A stretch of DNA of 64,000 bases, taken from assembly GCF_009914755.1 (NCBI RefSeq), contig NC_060947.1. One strand, given 5' to 3'. The position numbers and the translations under genes were made by a program. Below the pieces are notes generated by a model. It was not told the DNA's origin. It was given only the letters and a program-made list of their open reading frames with translations, and did not search any database. The stretch is from the human T2T-CHM13v2.0 reference genome, Homo sapiens. This document shows, piece by piece, positions 41,388 to 54,800 of this stretch (within the stretch, counting starts at the first letter, position 1; each line of letters begins with the position of its first letter).

Positions 41388-42679
41388 TATGAAGATCAGC
41401 AAATGCTATGAATTATATTTCTCCACCTAAACCCTAAGCTAGTTGTTAGACATTTACAAGCACATTACCTATCCTTAACTTTAAAAATTTGTGAGGAAAT
41501 GGCATATTGAAATCCACTAGATATTTGACATTTATCAATTTAGAGTTAGCTTTGCAACATATTTCCTAGGGATCTCTAATGCCCTAGATCAAAGAGGTAA
41601 GCGTCTGTGTATAGAAGGAAGTTAATTTACAGTCTTCTGCAACATTCTAGCTGCTCTTTTCATCTTCAACATAATATACTCTGATATCCATATTGTACAA
41701 ATATTTAGCTGATGTAAATGTGATCTGAGTGGTAATATTCTACATTTGGTATTGCTCAGAGCAAGCGTGACTATCACAATAATAAGTAAAGTGCGTGTTA
41801 CCATATCATTTGTGCTCAAATTGCAGAACTGCCTATAGCAAGGCTGCAGGAAAGAGACTTTCTAAACATCAGTAACAATTCAGAGAAAAAGTAAGAATAG
41901 GAATCTCAGCAGACAGCAAGATAAAGCAAGAACAAACAAAAATTGTTTAACATCAGCCAATATATTTTCCACTGCTAATTCGTTGTCTAAGATCGGGGAT
42001 GAGATAAGTCTAGGCCTAGATGGGGTATATAACAAACAAGAATACTGGAGTCCTTAGAAATATCTGAACTCTTGAGTCATTGAAATACTGAAACAACTTA
42101 TTAATCAAAGAAGACAGTGAAGATTTAAACGTTTTAAACCTGAAATAATTTCCAAAATTCTTAGTCAACTCTAAGTTGACATAGATGATTAAGGTCCATT
42201 AAGTGATTTTTAGTAAAGCAAAAAATCAAAAGGTTAAACAAATCTGAGGATAAAATCTCAATAAAGAAAATAACAACAAAAAATAATCACACAGGATACA
42301 AGAGTGCCTGAGTCCTGTGAATGCTAAGAATTGCATCTGAAATAAATTGCTTCCAGAAAACCAAAAGACATGGCTTGCTTTTGTACTTTGGGAGTTTATT
42401 AAGCTAGACTGTTCATGAGGTAAATCAGCAGTAATTCAACATTATGATGCTATTTCTCAACTTCACTTAAGCCCAAACAAAATTCAGTTTAGGCAATAAA
42501 ACTTTATTTAAAAAGTTAGACGAAGTGAAAAATTCAATCAGTTATATGGTCAGGTTGAATAAAATACCCACTTTTTAAAAAATTTACTATCAAAAACTCA
42601 CATAGCATCAAATTAATTTGTGACTTTGCATGTGCACACTTAGTGACTTACATTTACTGTATGGGGACAAATACTACTA

Positions 42680-42870
42680 TTTAATTGAGCTATATGCTGA
42701 GTACTATGTACTTAGCACACTTTTTCATTATGTCATATGCTTCTCATAATAGATATAGCACAGGAGGCCATATTCCCATTTTACAGGTAAGAAAATTAAG
42801 GCCCAGGAGGGCCTTAAAGAACTTATTTACGATCACACAGCTGGTGAAGATTAATGAACTTAGTCTTGTC
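42680..42870 (-). mobile_element. MIR
   Basis: tattcccattttacaggtaagaaaattaaggcccag...gatcacacagctggt. Confidence 0.75.
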
Positions 42871-43119
42871 TGCTAATGTTAAGCTTTTTCAAGTTCGCCC
42901 TACTGAGCCCTTTTAAATATATCCCATTTTTTGTTAGGATATATAGATAAACAAAAATAAATTAGAAATTAAGATAGCCCCCTTTGGAACTCCAAAAACT
43001 GCGTATTGAAATCAAAATATGACTTATTTTAGAAGAATAGTGTCATAGTTTTACATAAGACTAAATGAGATGGAGTACTACTCATTGACCTGTGTGTAGT
43101 GCATATTTGACCTTTTTTT

Positions 43120-43630
43120 TTTTCAATCTATCTAGCATCCAACTCCTTTCCTTTTGGGGGTAAATCCTCCAATATATGTAGTCCTTGTATGATGCAGTGC
43201 TTGCCCCGCCTTATAATTTGAAAACAAAAGTGGGGCAATGTCATACTTTGCATGTTCTAATAGAAGCTTTGGGTACATATTAAGGAAGGGCCAATAGGAT
43301 GCTTCCACCTATGATTTTGAATCTTGAATAAGTGACACAAAGATAAAAGTTCAGTTCAGGTCCTTTCATGGTAAATGGCCTAGTGTTTCATTGGCAGTAG
43401 CAACAATGGAACAAGGCTGCAGTGGGGGAAAGACAATAGATATGCTTTCTGCTTCTTGACTTTTCCAGAAGTGCCTTACTGTCTTACATTTCCCAAGCCT
43501 GGTCCTCCCATATATATGTTTTTTAATTCTATGATCCCTTGATATCCTTCCAATAGCTTTCTTTTTATTTTTTTTTAATTTGACAAGAGTCAGCTTCCGT
43601 TTCTTGCCATCAAGAAACCTAACAGATATA
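43120..43630 (+). mobile_element. Old ERVL LTR (LTR33/LTR16-like)
   Basis: gggccaataggatgc...gattttgaatcttga...agagtcagcttccgtttcttgccatcaagaaacctaacagata end motif. Confidence 0.5.
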
Positions 43631-44028
43631 TTATACTTGAAGTACAAAAGCAGGGCTTTGAGGATCATGACATTCACCAAAAAAGTCATGTTCATTTTTC
43701 CTGGTTTCTAATATGTGTTTACACAGAAATAGCTTGTGGTTAGAATAATTTTCAAGATACTTCAGAAATGAAGTCCCAAAGTTTGAAAAAAAATAAAAGA
43801 CTTTACTTTTTAGATATTACAGCCTTAAATACCACTTGTGCTGACTAAAAACAGAAATTAATGTTGTATGAGCTGAAAAACACAGAAAACTTTTTTGGGG
43901 AAATAGTTTGATACTCAGTCATTGTGTTCTACAAATGAACAGACATAAGGAAAATAAAGTATTCCCAACATACTTTGTATTTGAGCTACCAGATTACCTT
44001 AATTTAAAATCAGAAAATTTTGAATCTT

Positions 44029-44868
44029 TTTTTTTAAAATTATTATTACACTTTAAGTTTTAGGGTACATGTGCACAATGTGCAGGTTTGTTACATATGT
44101 ATACATGTGCCATGCTGGTGTTCTGCACCCACTAACTCATCATTTAACATTAGGTATATCCCCTAATGCTATCCCTCCCCCCACCCCCCACCCCACAACA
44201 GTCCCCAGAGTGTGATGTTCCCCTTCTTGTGTCCATGTGTTCTCATTGTTCAATTCCCACCTATGAGTGAGAACATGCGGTGTTTGGTTTTTTGTCCTTG
44301 CGATAGTTTACTGAGAATGATGGTTTCCAATTTCATCCATGTCCCTACAAAGGACATGAACTCGTCATTTTTTATGGCTGCATAGTATTCCATGGTGTAT
44401 ATGTGCCACATTTTCTTAATCCAGTCTATCATTGTTGGACATTTGGCTTGGTTCCAAGTCTTTGCTATTGTGAATAGTGCCACAATAAACATACGTGAGC
44501 ATGTGTCTTTATAGCAGCATGATTTATAATCCTTTGGGTATATACCCAGTAATGGGATGGCTGGGTCAAATGGTATTTCTAGTTCTAGATCCCTGAGGAA
44601 TCGCCACACTGACTTCCACAATGGTTGAACTAGTTTACAGTCCCACCAACAGACAACCGCATCAAAAAGTGGGTGAAGGACATGAACAGACACTTCTCAA
44701 AAGAAGACATTTATGCAGCCAAAAAACACATGAAAAAATGCTCACCATCACTGGCCATCAGAGAAATGCAAATCAAAACCACAATGAGATACCATCTCAC
44801 ACCAGTTAGAATGGCGATCATTCAGAAGTCAGGAAACAACAGGTGCTGGAGAGGATGTGGAGAAATAG
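44029..44868 (-). mobile_element. L1PA3/4-like insertion with 5' inversion (twin priming)
   Basis: Antisense 3' end 44029-44652, sense ORF2 piece 44653-44868; perfect TSD gaaaattttgaatctt (44013-44028 / 44869-44884); near-consensus ORF2 C-terminal peptides. Confidence 0.96.
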
Positions 44869-45389
44869 GAAAATTTTGAATCTTAGGTACAGTTACAGGG
44901 AAGTTCCATTCAGGTCTTCAACATCATTTATACAATAACTACAAATAAAAGTAATGTATAGTTTATCAAATTCGCAGGATTTACTGAAGGTGAAAACGTG
45001 TGACAGCCAACAGATGGTCCATCAAAGTAAAACTGATGAAAATGTTCCCAACTACACTGCTTGAAAACAACTTTGTCTGAGAAATCAGCTTCTTAATATC
45101 AGAAGACATGTATATTAATTGATTTAACTCAGGTCATATTCCGTAATATTTGTGAGAAAGAGAAACTCTTGTTTTTTCTAATTCATTTTTGTATAGGAAA
45201 GATCACTCCATCCAAAATTTAACATTTAGCCGATGCACATACTATAAAAGAGGTACATGGTAGGCAGCTTCTGAGACTAAGACAGAAGTGTCCAGGAAAA
45301 GTGACTCCAAGTTCAAGTTTCATTCCAAATAAAGAAATACAGCCAATTCTTCTCCTTATGCAATTTCTGGATCTTACCCCTCTGATTGA

Positions 45390-45764
<375 letters not shown>

Positions 45765-45984
45765 CGAGAGAGGCCATTTTTAAGGGATCTTTGCTCTAGG
45801 TCTCCCATCCTGGTTCTACTTGGTAGTCCTGGACATGGAGAATCTGGTAGGAAATACCTATCAAGAGGGCCAAGAGACAAATTTGATGCATATAGACATG
45901 CATATAAACCAAACAGTGCTAAGTAATACAGACAGAAAAAGGCAATTCCAATAAAAGAAAGCACAAAAAGAAGATAAGCTACTA

Positions 45985-46330
45985 GATAGTGTAGGGATTA
46001 AGACTGCAAGCTCACAAATCAGAAGGCCTGGATTTCCATCATTTTCTCTTCTGTAAAATGAAGATAATAATAGCAACTAGTTCATAGAATTATTATAAAG
46101 ACTGAATTAAATAATAGACAAAGATGACTTAGAACAACGTCTGGTGCTTGGTAAGAGCTCAATAAGTATATAACCTCTCTTCTGAACTTCAGATTCTCTA
46201 TCCCTAAAGTGGTATGAACTAACTGCAGCTACCTCATAGGGTTGTCTTGAGCATCAAATGAGATTATGTGAGTAGAATACTAAACATTGTACCTGACAAA
46301 TAGTAAATGATCAATAAATATACATTATTA
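45985..46330 (+). mobile_element. Two tandem MIR fragments
   Basis: ctgtaaaatgaagataataatagc...ctcaataa, then taacctctc...acctcatagggttg...aaatgatcaataaata. Confidence 0.7.
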
Positions 46331-46551
46331 TTATTAATTATTTATAATCCCCTTTCTCCTCCCACCAGATTCCCTTGTACCAATCATATTTTCTTTCCTT
46401 TCTATTACTGGTAGAGGTTGAAGCAGAGAAAATCTTGAGGTTTCCTAGAGGTTAAGGTGGCTGGTTAACCCTAGGCTGAGATACTCTCCTCAACTTTCTT
46501 CTCACGTTTAATTCTCAATTGTCATCAGAATAAACATACTTCATCCTATAG

Positions 46552-46906
<355 letters not shown>

Positions 46907-48643
46907 TATGCTGGTTCTTAATTCACGTATGCATCCATACCCACACAAGTTTCCATTCAAGAGGCTCAAAATTCACGGTCTCCCACATTTTAACAAATAA
47001 ATCCCTTAAATCTGAAAATCATTTATGTGTCAAGATGGCAGACTTGGTAACACTGCATGAGGAAGAAAATATTTTATGGACTAATAGATAAAAAGGGAAC
47101 TATGTAGTGGTAGCTGAAACATTTCACACTTTTAATGTCTGACAAGCAAGCAAGCAAAGATGAGGTTCTGAGACTATATTGCTAAAATATTATATGATTA
47201 GTATTTGACTCTACAGTTAAAATAAAAGTTTCTATTGATTTTTAAGAGTGCTGTAATTTATATTTCCTAAATTTCTCTTCCAAGGGGAGTAAAAGTAAGG
47301 GGCCAGCAAATACAAGGTGTATTCATGAAAAGGCAATCAATCTTATTTGGCTGAAATAAAGGGTACAGGGAAGGAATAAGCCATGAATAAGGCTGGGGTT
47401 AGATTGTGAGAGCCTTGAGCACCATTCTGTGGAAGTTGAGCTTTATTCAAATATTTTGAGCTAGCATGTTAGGCAAAATTTTTATGAAATGTATGTTTCA
47501 ATTATGTTTTGAATTGTATAACTTTGTAAACATATCTAAAGAAAAGGTAATAGAAATATAGGCAATTGTCCATATTTCTTGCATAGGTTGATGGACATTA
47601 TTAAGCAGTAGAGAACTCTTTTTTCCAATAATCCAAACATTTTATTACACTTGATTAGGAAATGGCTCATTAATGATCTCACTTTATATCATATAATTGG
47701 TAGATACTCGATTTGAGAATGGCATAACATATATACACTCCCAAATGAATTACCACTCATTTTATTCAAAAGTTTATCATATTTTATAAAGGCATGATGT
47801 GCATTCTGCCTCTTGGAATTCTATGTTCTAGATGTATTCTATACATCACCTTCATTCTATTGTTTCAAATCCAAGCATACTATCAAAATATCCCTTAGAA
47901 TTCCCTTAGAAAACATTTTGAAAATGTGAAGCTGCATCTTTGGAATGAAAGCTTGAAATACTTAAATGTAAGTCAATCATTGAACATGTGGACTTTTGCT
48001 AAACTTACTTAATAGTTTTTCATATTTAGAAGTCTTAACCATTAAACAAAATAGGCACCCATTTATAATGGCCCAGCAGACTAATTACTTTAGAAAACAG
48101 TCTTCTAAAATCCCTCTCCCATCTGTACCACAACCCAGGGTCAATTTATTTACCAGGTTTTAATCGCTAGACTATATAAGGCTAAATTGGAAAAGCCTTA
48201 AAATAACCCTTGAAAATGTGGACAGATTCTTAATTATGGCAATAGTATACATAGAAAAATGCCCTTAGACTATGTATTGTTTCACAAATGCTTCTAATGA
48301 ATTCCTTTATAGAATCATGCCAGTGCAGAGCTAATTTAACTCAGTTTTCAATTGAAATTAAAGAGATCTGTAATCTATGGCCTATAATTTCTTTCTCAAA
48401 TACAACACAGCCAACTTTCACTTTAATTATTTTGAAGCTTATTCAGAAAAATAGTGCTAACATTAGGGAAGAATTAAATAATCTTCACTTGCATGTTAAC
48501 AGCAATTTCCTATAAGATTTGGGTCATATCAGCTGTTCAAAAAGGCATCTTAGTAATGGTTCATTTTCTTTAAAAATAAGTATTGTGTGTGTGTATGTGT
48601 GTGTTGTGTGAGAATGTGCACCTAATCAGGTCATACTATAAAG

Positions 48644-48866
48644 CAAAACTTGGCAAACCACAGCCCTTTGGCCAAATCCAGATCATCACTTGTTTTTGTA
48701 AATAAAGTCTTATTAAAATACAACCATGCTCGTTCATATATGTATTGTCTATGTCTGCTTTTACAATACAACAGCAAAGTTGAGGAGTTTGACAGTGACT
48801 ATATGGCTCACAGCCCCTAAAATAATTACAATCTGGCTCTTTACAAAAGACGTCTGCTGACCCCTG
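48644..48866. mobile_element. MER58A hAT-Charlie element
   Basis: ggcaaac...ggccaaatcc...tttttgtaaataaagt...tctgctgacccctg; 223 bp; 8-bp TSD ctataaag / atataaag. Confidence 0.9.
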
Positions 48867-50964
48867 ATATAAAGGATCAGGCTTAGATATCATTTGCTTA
48901 AAAAGCCCACCCGATATCAAAAACATATACATGCAAGCAAAATAAGATATTAAGCAAGTAATATTTCTGGCAAGGGATTACAGTTATAATCACCAACCCT
49001 TACTGGCAATAAACAGGCTCATTGGTGAGAGGTAATATGCACAGACTCAATGTAGCATGCTTAGTGTCTCTTTCATATAGATAGACTAGGAAAATTTGTA
49101 AATCACCTTTGTCAATTTTCATAGTGTTCTCTGGAACTATATACACATGGGCTGCATCTGCACAACGTGTAAAGATTTTGTAAATAGAAATTCAGTCAAC
49201 TGCTTATTTTGTATATAAATTAGGTGTACCTACTTTTTATTTCTCTTATAGAATAGCTTGGAATGTTTTTACTGCAGTGTGCCCTTGAACAAAAGGTCAG
49301 TAGTCGGTCAATTGAAGTTTCATAGACAGCTTGAATGACTGAGAGTCAGCCTCATTTAGTAGATATAACTCAACAGATTTTCTGAGAGAAGCCAAATATC
49401 AAATCCTGATTATGCTTCGTAGCAACTGTGTTACCTTCAGCAAGTGGTTGCCCACTTTGGGCATGTTTCTTTACATGCTGATATCATATGTTTCACAAAG
49501 CTGAAGCAACGATTAGATGAAATACTGTATATGTGATACCTATTACAACACCTGAAACATAGGTGGCATTTATCAGAGGGTAATATCTTTCTCTTGAAAA
49601 ATAACTTCTATTATCCCAATCAATTATTCATATTTATAAAGAACAGTTGAAACTGACATGAGTGTATTTTGAAACTTATGGACACAGAAACATATACTCC
49701 AGATTGGCAGGGTCAAACTGAAGTAAATGAAAAATCCAGGGAAGGGGGAGGAGGAAAAAACCAACACAACTGTTGGAAAGCTATACTGATGTAGGCGGAA
49801 TAGAACATTCACATTACTAATTGCTTGATTTATCAATGAAACATAATGAGGAGTTTGCTCAGTTTTTTTTTTTTTTTTTGCATGGTAGAAACTACATGTT
49901 CATATATGTCATCGAGACAACAGACTTGTCCTGGGCTTGGCAGAAACCCAGTTGAAACTAATTTTTGAATACAAGCTGGTATAAATAGCAGGAAAAGCTA
50001 TTCAGAATAATGGAGATAATTCCAGGGCAATTTGATTAATGACAGATTTTTAAAATATTGTTATGTGCTACAATAATGTACAATAGCAGAATTGCAAAAT
50101 TTGAAAAATAATGCATAATGTCAAAAAGAACACAAAAGAACTGATGTCATTATTTTGAAACTTTAAAAATACCAAATGATGAAGAGAAAATAATCTCCAA
50201 AGGTATATACTTAATGGTAACATTTCTTGAGAGAATTATTTCCATTTGCACTAGAAGATAGAGACTAATGTATTATTCGATTGGTGAATTACAGATGAAG
50301 AAGAAGGGGAGTTTTCATTCATTTCATTCAATTATTTGAGGGTAACATAAATAACCTCTTTGGGGACTGAATAATTTGATGATTATAAAGGCAATTTCAA
50401 TTGACTGTTCACAATCCATATTCATTTCATATCCATTAAGGACAAATTATACCACCCTATTTAGCAGAGAAATAAAGAATGGGAATGCTTTCATAAAAAT
50501 AGCAGCTCTCATGTGTGGTCCCTTTTATTCAAGCACAATCAACTGCATCTGTTTGTGAAGAAACAGCAAATGTATCAATTAATTTTTTGAAAGACACAAA
50601 CAATAAAAGTTAAGATAGAAAATACAAACCCCTTTATGTTGGACATGGGTATCGGAGACTCCATTTTCAAAGGAAGCTTTCACCTGGGGTACTATTTTAG
50701 AGATCCTGTTTAGAAAAGAAGTTTAAACATGTCTATATAAATATTGCTTTCAAAAATTAGACACTTGGAGTGATAACTCTATTTTCATATCAATTTGTAA
50801 AAGATGGAGTGTCTATCACAGATGAAAATCAATTTGAGATTATATTTTTCAAGACTTGGAGTGCCTTCTTTTCCCTTGTTTCTTACTTAAAACCTCCTTA
50901 TGGGGACATTTTAATGAAGCAATTTACTTTTCTTTCTGGCTCACGTTGCACAACGAGGCAATTA

Positions 50965-51150
50965 AAGCACAAGTGGTTAAAAGTCCAGACCTCTCAGCCA
51001 GATGGGCCTGGATTTAGACATCATTTGGCTCCTTCTTTGCTGTGTGATCTTGATCAAGTTTCTTTACCTTTCTAAACCATGATTTCTGCCTCTGTAAAGA
51101 AGGTATACAATACAGTGGCTGTGAAGATTAAAGGAAGTCATGCATGTTAA
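50965..51150 (+). mobile_element. MIR
   Basis: gtggttaaaagtccagac...gctgtgtgatcttgatcaagtt...ctgtaaa...gtgaagattaaa. Confidence 0.75.
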
Positions 51151-51315
51151 GTAGTAACAATAAATGTATGTAAACACATTATAAATACACTTACACATGC
51201 ATTATATAATTATATAATATGTTATTTACAAATACAAAAATGATGTAAAATTAAGTAACATTGTTTGCTTATGTCCAAACAACAAATGTATAATAATATA
51301 CATGCACCTAGACAT

Positions 51316-51755
51316 TGCTATGGTTTGGATATGGTTTATTTTGCCCCATCAAATCTCATATTGAAATTTAATCCCCAGTGTTGAAGGTGGGGCCCAGTGG
51401 GAGGTTTCTGGGTCATGGGGACAGACCTATCATGGATGACTTAGTGCCATTCTAGCAGGAGTAAGTTCGTACTTTTAGTGGTCATGAGAACTGGCTGATG
51501 AACAGAGCCTGGCACCTTTTCTGCTCTCTATTGATTCCTCTCTTGCCATGTAATCTCTACACAGGCCAGCTCCTGTTATCCTTCGACCATGTCTGGAAAC
51601 AGCCTTAGGCCCTCCTGAGAAGCAGATGCTGGTGCTATGCTTCTTTTACATCCTGCATAAACATGAGTTAAATCTATTTTCTTTATAAATTACTCAGTGT
51701 CAAGTATACCTTTACAGGGATACTGTACTATAATCCACACAAATGGACTAAGACA
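51316..51755 (+). mobile_element. MSTB-type solo LTR
   Basis: tgctatggtttggatatgg...aaatggactaagaca termini; TSD gacat / ggcat. Confidence 0.92.
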
Positions 51756-51797
51756 GGCATACATGTAACAAATGCTGTTGGACTAGGATTCATCAAA

Positions 51798-51870
51798 TCC
51801 TAGATTTAACAAATAAAAATACACGATGCCCAGATGAATTTGAGATTCATGTAAACAAATCATTGGGTGT
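51798..51870. mobile_element. MER53-like hAT element, left part (right end at ~57543-57574)
   Basis: agatttaacaaataaaaatacacgatgcccagatgaatttgag on the left; complementary end ctgggcatcttgtgttttatctgccaac on the far side of the L1PB. Confidence 0.7.
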
Positions 51871-51872
51871 CT

Positions 51873-54800
51873 TATATATTTTATATTTCAATAGCTTTTG
51901 GGGTACTAGTAGTTTTTTGTTAAATGGGTGAATTGCATAGTGGTGAAGTCTGAGATTTTAGGGCACTCATAATCCAAGTAGTGTACAATGTACTCAAGAC
52001 GTAGTTTTTTATCCCCCACTCACCTCCCAGCCAACCCCTTCTGAATCTCTAAAGTTCATTTTATCACTCTGTATGACTTTGCATACCCATAGTTTAGCTC
52101 CCACTTATAAGAGCATGCAGTATTTGGTTTTCTATTCCTGAGGTGCTTCACATAGAATAACGGCCTCCAGATCCATCCAAGTTGCTTGCAAAAGATGTTA
52201 TTTCTTTCCTTTTTATGGCTGATTAGTATTCTGTGGTGTATATATGCCACATTTTCTATATCCACTCATTCTTTCTTTTGAGTAGACAGCCAGTAGTGGT
52301 ATTACTAGATAAAAGGGTAGATCTACTTTTAGTTGTTTAAGAAATCCCTATACTGTTTTCCATAGAGGTTATACTACTTTACATTTCTACGAGCAGTGTA
52401 TAAGCATCCCCGTTTCACCACATCCACACAAACATTTTGTTTGTTTGACTTCTTAATAATGCCCAGTTCTTGCAGGAGTAAGGTGGTATCTCATTGTGGA
52501 TTTAATTTGCATTTCTCTGATGATTAATGATGTTGAACATGTTTTCCTATGTTTGTTGGCCATTTATGTATCTTCTTTTGAGAAAGGTTGATTCATGTCA
52601 TTGGTCCATTTTTTAATGAGATTCTGTGTTTTTTCTTGCTGAGTTGTTTGAATTCTTTGTAGATTCTGGATATTAGTCCTTTGTCAAATACATAGTTAGC
52701 AAATATTTTCTACCATTCTGAGGACGGTCTGGTTTCTCTGGCAATTATTTTTGTTGTTGTACAGAGTTTTTTTAGTTTAATTCTGTCTCATTAATTGATT
52801 TTTGTTTTTGTTGCATATGCTTTTTGGGATTTAGTCATAAATTCTTTGCCTCAGCTAATACCAAGAAGAATTTTTCCTAGATTATCTTATAGAATTTTTG
52901 TAGTTTCAGGACTTAGATTTGAGTCTTTCACCTATCTTAAGTTTATTTTCATATAAGAGATATGGATCCAGTTTCCTTCTCCTACATGTGGCTATCCAGT
53001 TTTGCCAGCACCATTTATTAAATAGGGCATCCATTCCCCAATTTATGTTTTTGTATGCTTTGTTTAAGATCAGTTGGCTGTAAGTATTTGGCTTTATTCT
53101 TGAGTTCTTTATTCTGTTCCATTGGTCTACATGCATACTTAAATATCAGTACCATGCGTTTTGGTAACTATACCCTTGTAGAATAATTTGATATCCAGTA
53201 ATTTGATGCCTTCAAATTTGTTCTTTTTGCTTAAGATTGTTTTGACTATCCAGGTTATGTTTTAGTTTCATAAGAATTTTAGGATTGCTGATTCTAATTA
53301 TGAACAAAATGATGTTAGTATTTTGATAGGAATTGCATTGAATCTGTAGATTGCTTTTGGCAGTATGGTCATTTTCACAATACTGACATTTCCAGTCCAT
53401 GAACATGTGATATGTTTTGTTTGTTTGTGTCATCTATGATTTCCTTCAGCAGTGTTTAGTAGTTCCCCTTATAGAGATCTTTCACCTCTTTGGTTAAGTA
53501 TGTTTCTACATATTTGATGTTTTTGCAGCTGTTGTAAAAGTTACTGAGTTTATGATTTGATTCTCTGTGTGGTCATTATTGGTATGCAAAAGTGCTACTG
53601 ATTTGCATACATTTATTTTGTAACCTGAGACTTTACTGAATTTGTTCATCAAATGTAGGAGTCTTTTGAAGGAGGTTTTAAAGTTTTCTAGTAATATGAT
53701 CATGTCATCAGAGAACAGCAATAGTTCGACCTTCTATTTTTCCACTTGAATTCCCTTTATTTCTTTCTGTTACCTGATTGCTCTAGCTAGGACTTCCAGT
53801 ACTATGTTAAATTGAAGTAGTGAATGTGGGCTCCTTGTCTTGTTCCAGTTCTCATGAGGAATGCTTTCAACTTTTCTTCATTTAGTATGATATTGGCTGT
53901 AGGTGTATCATATATGGCTTTTATTATTTTGAGGTATGTCCCTTCTATGCCTCATTTGTTGAGGGTTTCTACCATAAAGGGATGCCAGCTTTCATTAAAT
54001 GTGTTTTCTGCATCTATTGAAATGAGTATATGGTTTTTGTTTTCAATTCTGTTTATGCGATGTATCACATTTATTGACTTGCCTGTTAAACTATCCCTGC
54101 ATCACTGGAATAAAACCCACTTGATCATGGTATATTATCTTTTTGAAGTGATGTTGGATTTAGTTAGCTAGTAGTTTATTGAGGATTTCTGCATCTATGT
54201 TCATTAGGGATATTGTTCCGTGGTTTTCTTTTTTGTTATGTCTCTTCCTGGTTTTGGTAACAGGGTAATACTGACTTCACAAGTGATTTAGGGAGGGGTC
54301 CCTCGTTTTAATCTTTTGGAATAGTTTCAGTATGATTGGTACTATTTCTTCTTTGAATGTCTGGTAGAATTCAGCTATGAATCCATTATGTCCTGGGCTT
54401 TTGGGGGGCAATTTTTAAATTACTGATTCAATTTTACTGCTTGTTATTGGTCAACTCAGAGTGTCTATTTCTTTCTGGTTTAATCTAAGAAAATTGTATA
54501 TTTGCAGGAATTTACCCATTTTCTCTAGGTTTTCTAGTTAGTGTGCATAGAGGTGTTTATAATAGTCTCAATTTTTTTTTGTATTTCTGTGGCATCAGTT
54601 GTAATATCTCCAGTTCCATTTCTAATTGAGTTTATTTGAATCTTCTCTTTTCTTTCTTGCTCAATCTAATTGTCTATCAATTTTGTCTATCTTTTCACAG
54701 AACCAGGTTTTTGTTTCATTGATATTTTGTATTTTATTTTCTGTTTTAAATTCATTTTGTTCTACTCTGACCTTTGTTATTTAATGTCTTCTGCTAGCTT

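Noticed and set aside
42009-42180. Short palindromes (tctaggcctaga; gtcaact-cta-agttgac)
   Set aside because: Expected by chance in 64 kb.
44250-44879. 147-aa and 68-aa ORFs with a strong protein-like look
   Set aside because: L1 ORF2 C-terminal fragments of a 5'-truncated, inverted insertion with no promoter.
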